Shown piece by piece: positions 13,701-24,521 of a DNA stretch of 64,000 nucleotides. Where the stretch lies: NCBI GenBank assembly GCA_030704615.1, contig CM060732.1, positions 13,392,001 to 13,456,000 of the forward strand, read 5' to 3'. Numbering within the stretch: position 1 is the first letter of the stretch; the number at the start of each line of letters is the position of its first letter. This stretch comes from Takakia lepidozioides (lineage: Eukaryota > Plantae > Bryophyta). The notes under the pieces are model-generated. The model ran no database searches and was not told the origin of the DNA. It worked only from the letters and a program-made list of their open reading frames with translations. The position numbers were made by a program, and so were the translations under genes.

Positions 13701-15883
13701 TGTTCAATGTGCCATGGAAGAGGCCCCATAATAATATGAGATCAATCGAAATTCGTTCAATGGGCCGACGGATGGTTGCCTATCCAAATGAATTTTCGTT
13801 CGCTTTGAGACTTGGCCAGTGTGTTCAATGTACCCTCTGATAGGTCCCAATGCAATATGAGATCAATCGAAATTCGTTCGATGGGCCAATGAGGCGTTCA
13901 GTTGTCATCTGGTTTTTGTTCATTGCGAAAAAGAAATCCTGCAATGCGTGCACGGCTATTGCACCCATTGAACGGATGTGGTTGAAGCCCCTCTTTTGCC
14001 CGCATGTGCTTGAACATGTATGCGACACATGTGCGGAGACACAACAGACGAATAAATCATTTGCGTCCCCATCGACACCAAGCCATTCCATAATGTAATT
14101 GAATTTAAATTAATTTTTAAGCCAATAAATAGGTTTGCACAGCCTTTCATTGGGGGTTTTTGGCACGTATCGATTTTGTTTTTGGCTCAATCTTGTTCTG
14201 CAGCTTCTAGCATCCCACCACTACTCCCCCGCCAAAATTTGGACAAATAAAAAATGCCTCAAAAAAAAAGTGTTATCTTTCGCTCACTATTGCAGAACTC
14301 TCTATGAAGATTGCATGAAGTTGAACACAAAAAATCAAGTTTGGATTGCAAAACAGGGAAGAAACTGTGGTTTTGGGTCCAAATGAATTATAATCGCTCC
14401 CAAATTTGGCACGTACGTTGCATATGGCTACATGACATGCCCCATTCAAAAACCGAATGAAAACAAAATCGTGAGCACGCGAAACACAGTCCAACAGGTC
14501 CAAAGGAATAGCAGATCCAACGGAATACATTCAACGGGTGAACGGATGGTTGCCCATTCATTTTTGTTTGCTTCCAAACTTTTCCAGTACGTTCGAGACA
14601 CCATCTCACAGGTCCCGGAATAATATCAGATCAATCAAAATTCATTCGATGGCTCAACGGATGGTTGGCCATCGAGATGATTTTGGTCGCTTTGAGACTT
14701 GGCCAGTATGTTCAATGTGCCATGGAAGAGGCCCCATAATAATATGAGATCAATCGAAATTCGTTCAATGGGCCGACGGATGGTTGCCTATCCAAATGAA
14801 TTTTCGTTCGCTTTGAGACTTGGCCAGTGTGTTCAATGTACCCTCTGATAGGTCCCAATGCAATATGAGATCAATCGAAATTCGTTCGATGGGCCAATGA
14901 GGCGTTCAGTTGTCATCTGGTTTTTGTTCATTGCGAAAAAGAAATCCTGCAATGCGTGCACGGCTATTGCACCCATTGAACGGATGTGGTTGAAGCCCCT
15001 CTTTTGCCCGCATGTGCTTGAACATGTGTGCGATACATGTGCAGAGACACAACAGACGAATAAATCATTTGCGTCCCCATCGACACCAAGCCATTCCATA
15101 ATGTAATTGAATTTAAATTAATTTTTAATCCAATAAATAGGTTTGCACCGCCTTTCATTGGGGGTTTCTGGCACGTATTGATTTTGTATTTGGCTCATTT
15201 TTGTTCTGCGGCTTCTAGCATCCCACCACCACTCCCCCGCCAAAATTTGGACCCATGAAAAATGCCCCAAAAAAAAAGTGTTATCTTTCGCTCACTATTG
15301 CAGAACTCTTTTATGAAGAGTGCATGAAGTTGAACACAAATCAAGTTTGGATTGCAAAACAGGGAAGAAACTGGGGTTTTGGGTCCAAATGAATTATGTT
15401 CGCTCCCAAATTTGGCACGCACGTTGCATATGGCTACATTACATGCCCAATTCAAAAACTGAATGAAAACAAAATCGTGAGTACGCGAAACACAGTCTAA
15501 CAGGTCCCAAAGCAATAGCAGATGCAGCGGAATACATTCAACGGGTGAACGGATGGTTGCCCATCCAAATCATTTTTGTTTGCTTCCAAACTTTTCCAGA
15601 ACGTTCGAGGCACATAGGTCTCGGTCTAATATCAGATCAATCAAAATTCATTCGATGGCTCAACGGATGGTTGGCCATCGAGATGATTTTGGTTCGCTTT
15701 GAGACTTGGCCAGTATGTTCAATGTGCCATGGAAGAGGCTCCATAGTAATATGAGATCAATCGAAATTCGTTCAATGGGCCGACGGATGGTTGCCTATCC
15801 AAATGATTTTCGTTCGCTTTGAGACTTGGCCAGTGTGTTCAATGTACCCTCTGATAGATCCCAGTGTAATATGAGATCAATCG
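10717..15883. repeat. Higher-order tandem array, ~1008-bp unit x ~5.2, each with about three diverged 120-bp monomers
   Basis: Unit marker gagatgattttggt at 10717, 11726, 12657, 13666, 14674 and 15680 (periods 1009, 931, 1009, 1008, 1006). Internal 120-bp periodicity (10717 vs 10837). Confidence 0.95.
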
Positions 15884-15892
15884 TTATCGATT

Positions 15893-17702
15893 AATCATGA
15901 ATCATCCAACAGGGGAACTGTTGGTTCACCCTTTGAACCATTTAACATTGACATCATACTTGTGCAGTAACTTTAAGAGGGCATGTACAAGACACTCGCA
16001 AAGTTTCAAATGAATCCAAAATCATTTGGCAGGGGAATGATTGGTTCACCCATAGCCAATTTTACGGGCTGAAATTGCCATTTATGGGGCTCGGATTGCC
16101 AATTTCAGGGGTTGGACTTGCAATTTGAGGGGCTGAAACTGCCATTCCAGGGGCTTCAATAGCCAATTTAAGGGGCTGCACTAGCAATTGCCATTTCACA
16201 GGCTACAGTTGCAATTTGAGGGGCGGGAATTGTCATTTGAAGGGGTTGGAAGTGCAATTTGAGGGGTTGGAATTGACAATTTCAAGGGCTCAAATTACAA
16301 TTTGAGGGGTGGCCGGGGTTGGTCATTTTAGGGACTGACATTACCAATTTTAAGGGCTTGAATTGCATTTTGAATTGTAATTCAAGGGTTACAATGGGCC
16401 ATTGGGGGGCTAGAATTACCAAAGCAATGACATCCAAAGCAATATAAAATCATTTGATAGCGGAATGATTGGTTCACCCTTTCAACCATTTTTTATTCAT
16501 GTCATACTTGTCCGGTACTTGTAGGAGGGCATGTGGCTGACACTTGCAAAGCTTCAAAGCAATGTAAAATCATTTGATAGGGGAACAATTGGTTCACCCT
16601 TTCAACCATATTTTATTAACCTCATACTTGTCCGGTACCTTTAAAATGGCATGTGAAAGACACTTGCAAAGCTTTAAAGCACTCCAAAATCATTTGATAT
16701 GTTCATGATTGATTCACCCTTTTAACCATTTTAGATTGATTTGAAACTTGTGAAAGACCTGTAAGAGGGCATGTACAAGACACTTGCAAAGTTTCAAATC
16801 AATTTAAAATCATTTGGTAGGGGGCGATTGGTTCACCCTTTAAACCATTTTAGATTGATGTCATACTTCTCAAGGACGTGTAAGACGGCATGTAGAAGAC
16901 ACTTGCAAAGTTTCGGAGCAATAAAATATCATTTCATCGGGGAAGTTTCCGTTCACCCTTTCATCCAATTTTGAATTGAACTGGATTTTTACTAAATAAA
17001 ATGATTTAGAGGGCATAGGATTGTGGGGCGCAATGAGTGTGGGGCGCAATGATTTTGTTTTTGGCCTGATTTTGTTCTGTGAGTTGAACCCTCACACCAC
17101 CACATCCTTGCCAAAAAATGTACCAAAGAAAAATGTTTGGAAAAAAACGTTCATCCTTTGCTCTATGCTCACTATTGCAGAACTCTCTATGAAGAGTGCA
17201 TGAAGTTGAAGATAACTTCACCTTGGAGTGCAAATGAGGGAATAAAATGTGTTTTGGATGCAGACGATGTCTGTTCATGGTGATATTTTGCATGCAACTC
17301 TTCATGTTGTTATCAAGCATATGGCTTCAGAATGGAATTAAAAACAATTCATGTGCAGGCGAAAGATTGTTTTTCCTTATGAATTTGAATAACCGATTCA
17401 AATAACTTTGTTGAACTTTGTTGAAGTTCAACTTTGGTCCATATGTGCTTAAGTACGTACAAATCACGTACACAAAGTTGCAAGCGAAGAAATAATCATT
17501 TGCCCCCCGAAACGACTCGTTAAACCTTTCGACCAATTTTCAATCATGAATCATTTAATAGAGGAACTATTGGTTCACCCTTAGAACCATTTTAGATTAA
17601 TCTCATACTTGTCCGGTAACTTAAAGAGGGCATGTACAACACACTCCCAAAGTTTCAAATCAATCTAAAATCATTTGGCAGGGGAACGATTGGTTCACCC
17701 AT
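15893..17702. repeat. Diverged 120-bp monomer array, inverted relative to the upstream array, with fragments of the 1-kb unit
   Basis: aaaatcatttg recurs at ~16018, 16447, 16567, 16687, 16807 and 17667. 17167-17210 matches gctcactattgcagaactctctatgaag of the 1-kb unit. 17542-17702 repeats 15893-16052. Confidence 0.8.
16060..16420. repeat. Degenerate ~20-bp minisatellite (gggctgaaattgccatttnagg-like)
   Basis: Repeated ggg(g)ct/ggggtt...ttgc(c)aattt motifs at roughly 20-bp spacing. Confidence 0.75.
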
Positions 17703-18070
17703 TGACTCGGTGTACACTGTCACTCTTCAAAATTCGTGGGTGTGATGCTTGATTATCCCATATGATGGACCTAGTTGCCATGGCCAAGTAACAAACCATT
17801 AAAACATTATGGTACGAGACAAACACAATTGAAAACAACATTTATTCAAACATTATGTACAGTCAGAGACACGCTCAGTCCCACCGAAGTACAAACTCCA
17901 AGAAACCCCAGAACTGCACTCACAGAGAGGGAAAAAAGTGGGTTGGGAATGAGGGGTAGGCCCTTATATACTGCCTGGAGAGGCCTGACGTGCGACCGCC
18001 TCTGCTGCCCATTCATGCCTCGCCACGTGTCCAGGGAGCGGTCGAACCTAATAACAATAAAGAAAAAGTC

Positions 18071-18510
18071 TGCGACCACCACCGGCTGGTGGTCGCACCC
18101 ATTTAAAAAATAATTAAAACTGGGCGACCATCCCCTGCTGGTGATTGCACCCATTTAAAAAATAATTAAAAATATGCGACCATACTCTGCTGGTGGTCGC
18201 ACCTATTTAAAAAAAATGAAAAAGTTGCGACCACCACCTGCTGGTGGTCGCACCTATTTAAAAAAAAAGAAAAAATTGCGACCAACACCTGCTGGTGGTC
18301 GCACCCAATTTAAAAAAAAGAAAAAATGTGCGACCACCCTCTGCTTGTGGTCGCACCTATTAAAAAAATTGAAAATGCTGCGACCACCACCTGCTGGTGG
18401 TCGCACCCATTTAAAAATAAGAAAAAATGTGCGACCACCCCCTTCTGGTGGTCGCACCTATTTTTTAAAAAAATAAAATTTGTCCGACCAACCTTTGCTG
18501 ACGGTCGCAT
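18071..18510. repeat. Array of 9 palindromic 27-bp units separated by A-rich linkers (period ~51-52 bp)
   Basis: tgcgaccacc-N7-ggtggtcgca-like units at ~18071, 18123, 18175, 18226, 18277, 18329, 18379, 18430 and 18484. Confidence 0.9.
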
Positions 18511-19348
18511 GATTGACAATATAAATCATAATATATGAATTTTACAGATAATTAATGAAGTCCACGTAATGAGGCCACATCGGTTGCCACGTCGGTTCTC
18601 ATAGTAAATAGTCAATAGTAAAGTAAATAAATAAACATATTTATGTACAAGAACGTCGGTTTAGGACGCGACGTGACGCGACGCACGTCCGTCGCTGACG
18701 TCGGACGTGACGCTGACGCGTCGACGCCATGTCACATCCAAATTTGCAACTAGGGTTCAAAGCTTGGTCAAACCATTTTTTATAACCCAATTTTGGATGG
18801 AATTGCAAAATGAGGCAACTGGTTTTGTTATAATCTCACCGATTCAACGCTAAAAAATCCTTAGATTTTGCTAGATTGTGGATGAAGCAGATAGGGATGG
18901 ATTCATAAGGTTCATTTCATTGGATGATTCAGGGTAGGTAGATATGACCTCATCAATGAGGCTATATACTCATTCAAGACGGGCCCACCCAAAATGTGCT
19001 TGTCGTTGGGGAATGCTAGATCGTGAGCCCAGCCCCGAGAGCCTGTGAGTCTGTGAGCCCAGGGATGCTCACTTGTGCATGTGAGCCTAGCCCACGTGGC
19101 ATGAAAGTGGTCCAAGTTTGCGAGCCTATTACCGCGGAAGGTCACTCATTCCCGCAAAAATATGCCTATTACAAACCGTAATCGCAAACCCTAAATCCCA
19201 TACCCAAACCTTAAACCGTAAACCCAAACCCTCAACCCTCAACCCCAACTGGAGTGAATGAAATGAAATGCATTCAATGTATTCAGAAGAATTACAAGTC
19301 AACGACGTTGTCAAAAGAAATGTCAAATGCAATCCATAATGTCCTAAA

Positions 19349-20665
19349 CACTACTACGTTTGGGGGGGGGGGTTAGCGATGCCCCATCGACCTCCAACCG
19401 CCGCGATTAGCGACGGAAATACTCTACGGCGCCCGGGGCGCGCCGGGGGCATTTTGCGACGTCGGGAAGTTACAGAGACATCGCAGCGACGTCGCTCCCG
19501 GAATGTCGCTAATTAGCGTCGCCGGGGAATCGCAAATCCCCCGAGACCCCCCGGCCGTGGCGCCGACGTGACTTGCGACGTCCGGGCATAGCAAAAAAAT
19601 AAAATAAAATAAAAATCTGCGACGTCGCATTAGGGACGTCCGAGGGTCGTAAATGCGACCCCCAGACGTCACAATAGGGGGGGTACATTTGAATTTAGGT
19701 GAGAAAATTTGAATTTGAATTTGAATTTTGATTTTAAAAACTAATTGACCATTGACTCGGAGTTGAACATTGACTCCGGTTTTGTCCAATGGCAGTTCAT
19801 GCATTGTTCTACATATATTAGGCAATGCATATTTGAACTAGGACCTCCACATTATAACATTTCTAAGATACTGCACACTAACCAACAAATCTACAATACA
19901 TCTATGTATGACAAAAGCAGTCCAAGTATATATATACATATCAAGAGTTAGCTCCTAGTGACTACCACTATCTCAATCCTCTCATTGTGTTGCAGATTAT
20001 GCGTACTCTACAGGAGCTCTCACAGCTGGAACTTGCACCGAGACTTGTCCCCAGAGTTCTTCAATAACAAATATCTATCAATGGCCTTAGATTTGCAAAG
20101 CTGCATTGCAACTTATTGTTGAACAATGGCTATAGGCTGAGGATGTCAAGCCCATTATGCTCTACAATCTACTCACAGAATCAATTTTACGCGACGCCCC
20201 AACGACGCCGGGGAATCGCAGCGCCGCATTTGCGACGGCCGGGCGCTCCTGTGACGGCGGGGATTCGCAAGATAAAAAAAAAAAAAAAAAAAAACGAGTT
20301 TTGTTTTGTTTTGTTTTGTTTTTTTTTTTTTCCGGGCATTGCGATTCCCCGCCGTCGCAGGAGCGCCCGGCTATCGCAAAAGCGTCGCTGGGCTGCAACG
20401 CCTCATTGCGATTCCCCGGCGTCGCAGCATCCGGGGGGCGTCGCAACCCCCCCAATGCGTTGGCGGGGGAATGGGTCAGGCCCCTTTCCGGCGACGGCAT
20501 GGCATCGCAAGATGCCACAACGTCGTCCAAGCGCCAGCTTTGCGACGCCCCGACGTCACAAATCCCAAGCCGGGCGCCTGTGCGACGCTGCAGTCGTAGG
20601 GGGATCGGCGCGTCCGGCGCGCCCTGGGGTCCTGGCGTCGCTAACCCTCCCTAAACGTAGTAGTG
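19349..20665. mobile_element. Non-autonomous CACTA (En/Spm-type) element, 1317 bp
   Basis: Left end cactactacgtttggggggggggggttagcga; the right end reverse-complements to cactactacgtttagggagggttagcga. GC-rich subterminal gcgacg/cgtcgc repeats in both arms, AT-rich core, no transposase. Confidence 0.9.
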
Positions 20666-22029
20666 AATGTTTGGGGGTGAGATTATGAATAGTGATTTTT
20701 TGCTAAAGTTTTCACGGTGGCACATTTTTAGAAGTGGCCATTAGGTGTAATCGTCTCCGTGGGACCACCCCTTGTGGTTTGGAGAGGCGATTCCTTCCTT
20801 GGGCAAATCGTTGGGGGCGCTTCGGAGTGTCATGCATAAAACCTGGGTGCGAGCACATTTTTGTTTCGCCATAACATATTTTCTGCATATTCCTAGAATA
20901 TGTGGAATGTCCTATTTTACTCATGCTTATACCCAACCTCCAATGAAACAAATGGTACCAACTAAGGTGGGCCAGGTCGACCAATGCTTATAAAATGGTA
21001 TAAGGCCTAGGTTCCATGGGCACTCCCAACCGCCCACCCCAAGAATCGCTCCCAAGTTTAAAACACTCTTATGTAATGGATTGAGGAACGAAGGGATGCC
21101 CCCAAAAAAATCGCCTCTTCAGACATTTTGTGTGGGGGGGGGGGGGAAGCGCAAATAACACATCCGTTCCGAACTAGGCTTGTTTCTTCCACCTCCGGGC
21201 GACAGCCGGGCGTACGGTTGAGGGCCAATTTAACTAGATAGATTAGGAAGGGTGGCACATTTTTAGGATAGGCCCTTATAATAGTCTCCATGGAACTGCC
21301 CCCTTGTGTTTTGGAGGGGCACTCTTTCCTGGGGCCGGCTCTTTGTTGGGGAGCGCCTATGGAATCTGGGCCTAATAATAAAACACGAATTCTTTATATA
21401 CAACTGCAACAGAAAAGTGAGATGAATGTCTTACTGTTTCAGGCTATGGATCCATCAACAGCTATGTGCACCGGTCCCACAAAGTGCATGTCTCATCGTC
21501 ATCGGATCATCAGAAGCAGAAGTGAAAAATTGATCTGGTAGATAGATGCTTAGAGTTGGAGTGAGATCAGAACTTTGTTATTAGTCAAGCATCAAAGGTT
21601 TGTCACACGTTCTCGTTTTGAGACTTGAGACAAGGCTGATGCTCAAGGCGGAGTACATATACATAGCTCAGCAACATGTAGACCACGATCGCGTTGGATT
21701 GCATTGTTCATTTCATTGAGCTGGTTCAATTGGCTCTAAAAAATTTCTTTGCTTTCTATGGGCATCACGAGCCCCATTTACAGATCCAGGAAATGACAAA
21801 GATCCATGTGATTTCGTGTCGTGGACTGCTCAGATCCATCCCTCGTCACATTTGTCACATGCTGTTCTCACTTCAGGGCCATGCAGTACTGGAATCTGAG
21901 TATGATATAATTGTTTATTACAAGATGGTTCTGAGGGGACATACAACCCAACGACATCGACAATCCGTTAACTTAGATACTAAGTACGGTTGGAATCAGC
22001 AATAGTCATCTGCAGAGTCTTGGACCAGT

Positions 22030-22160
22030 GGAAGATTATTCAGGCTGTCTAGCCAGAGGAAGGTTATTCAGGCTGTCTAGCCAGAGGAAGGTTTTATTCA
22101 GGCTGTCTAGCCAGAGGTAGATTGCTCAGACTGTCTAAGACTCTAACCAGAGGAAGATTA
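22030..22160. repeat. Short tandem repeat, ~29 bp x 3-4
   Basis: ttattcaggctgtctagccagagg occurs three times, followed by a degenerate fourth copy. Confidence 0.8.
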
Positions 22161-24521
22161 TTGCATAAGTTCACAGGCACGCCGCACAAGCTCTCTTCTC
22201 AACGCACGTGAAGGCTTCTCATCTACTGCTTTTGCCCAATGGTGTGCTGCAGTGGAAGGCAGATAGCTTCTGCATGGTAAGCTGCTGGCCACGAGTCACA
22301 ACCCCCTCCGCATCATCAGCTATCGTCACCAATTTCCCACAGCCTGAAGATGTGTGATCAGAGTTTCGGGAACTGCAGTCCGCATTCAAACTCCTCAACC
22401 TCACAGCTCCACCAGTCGATGCATGTAGAGGTGCTCAGATCATTTACAACTTACAAATAGCTGTAGGTCAGATCAGGTGATGCAAGCCGGCGGGTTGTCG
22501 GCGCAAAAGTGCGAGCCTGGTTGGCTTGATCACTGGGTTACTGTTGGGTAGACCATGTTTAGTATTTTAGTATTCCTTGGGAGTAGCTCTGCAGCCATAG
22601 ATGTAAGTGCACCAGTGAATCTGCAGAGATGAACAGAAATAGTCAGAAGACACACGCTTGGTGCAGCTGTGTCTCAGAGACCACTCCAATACCTGCGCTT
22701 CCATCACCTATTCTAAAGCTTAAAGTTAACTTACTCGCTGTGGGCCACCACAGCGAAACGGAATTCAGACCCAAGCTGCTGTCAGAAAATAAAAACCTCT
22801 CTCTCTCGTCCGGCATGCATGCAGTGGTGGGCACAGTTATGTACACAGGAGCCGGCGACCATTGATGGCCATAGGTACTTTCTTCCTGTTTTCGTGCAAC
22901 TAATGCAAATTATCTCCATGAAGGTATTTTCAGTATATGATGCTCGCTCGAAAACCCAAATCCCCACATGTTGGCAGCCTCAGGTGGTGGAACTGCTCCC
23001 TGCATGGGAGACACCCCCATTATTCCATTGGCTGCAATCAGAGTTGGGGACATCACGAAGCCTGTTTCAGATTTTACAGTGGAAACACAGATGGGTAACT
23101 ACCCACTGCCCTGTATACATATGTCATATACTATCGAAGTTCACCTTCCATGCCAACCTTCACATGAGGGTGTCTCGGTATCTCTGTTTCTCATAACCAA
23201 AATGTACTTCGCCCCGGTCTCATAATGTGACACAAGTTTCAGACATTGTGAGGTTGTCATCTAGGTAGTTGCTCGTCTTTCAGACGAACTTTTCCAGTCT
23301 GCATTGATCCAGTCTAGCAGACACACTTGAAAACATTTGTCCTCCTCATATGATTATCTGTAGTAAAGTGGTAAAGTGACAATCTGATGAAGTATCTCAA
23401 GGCACCCTCAACTAGAAATCAAATGTCCGCAAACTGAAAAAGCGTCCCTCTTCACATCGCTGTATACAGCTCAAAGGGACCTAGTGGGTAGACAAAAAGA
23501 TGAATGTGAAATTACAGAAGAGGTGCAGGTCTCCCAGATTACCAGTGCAGAGAGAAATTTTTAATGAGTTGACGTTGTGTCTTTGCTTTCATTGAAGGGA
23601 GTAAGCGACACGAGATGTATGTGTGTGTATGTTTGTGTCGGTTGGGCAGAGCCTTGGAACTCGGGAGTATCGTCTCCGTCTTGAAGTTGGTTCAAAAGTA
23701 AGCGGTATGGGGCCCACTAGGGCGGTCGATCGTGCTTGTCTCTCACGCTTAAGATTATGAGGTCCGCAGTGACGCTGTGAATGACGTGAGTAAATTCGTT
23801 TTCCGGAGTTTCGGAGATGCACAAGGGCAGACGATGAATGCCTGATGAGGGAAGAGTTGATAAGTGCCCATGCTCGATTGTGTGCATTTCTTGAGACCGA
23901 GCTATGTTTGTTGCGCTTGGTGCCACCTATGAAAGATTAGGTCTGGCAGATATTTCGTGGTGCGAGTTCACCTGTCGTAGCGACAGAGAGAGAGCGAGAG
24001 AGAGAGAGAGGGAGGGAGAGAGAGGGGGAAGGGTAAATATGCGAAGGTGTACTGGGTTGCTGGTGTTGAAGAGAAGAGAATCAATCAAATTGTTTGCGTT
24101 TCGAGACATTAGAGATACAGGAAATCACGTCATTTTGGGCAGAGGGTCCAGTGAAGGGGAAAGATAGAAGAGTTCATCATTCAAGCTTTTTCCAGAGCTA
24201 GAGGGATTTGGGGAAAGCGAGAGATCAAGAATGGAGAGAGGAAAAGCCACATTGCCTGAGCTGAGTTCCTGTGGGCAATAGTCAGATGCATTTCGTTCTA
24301 TGCTTTCCCGATGGGACATGTTAGCCCAGTTAAGAGCACCAACAACCGTTTGAGTGTTCCGGGCTAATTATTCTCGATAAAATTCCTCATACTTGAGCTG
24401 GCCCAAAAAATTGTCAGGAGGTCGGTGGATGGAGCACCTCCAAGGATAGGCGCTGGTGTGATTAGAAGGGTGGACCTAATCGTATTTTTGAAGGTTTCGC
24501 AAGACAGTGCTCAGTTAAGGG

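Noticed and set aside
10915-15754. Repeated short ORFs in the 1-kb array as genes
   Set aside because: They recur only because the DNA is repeated; indels between units break them and no domain is recognisable.
18071-18510. CRISPR array
   Set aside because: Linkers are short poly-A tracts rather than unique spacers; there are no cas genes and the context is eukaryotic.
19424-20688. Long ORFs in the CACTA element arms
   Set aside because: By-products of GC-rich subterminal repeats and homopolymer runs.
21400-24300. Protein-coding gene upstream of ET
   Set aside because: Only short ORFs without recognisable motifs; no consistent exon chain could be built. A non-coding or decayed gene cannot be excluded.
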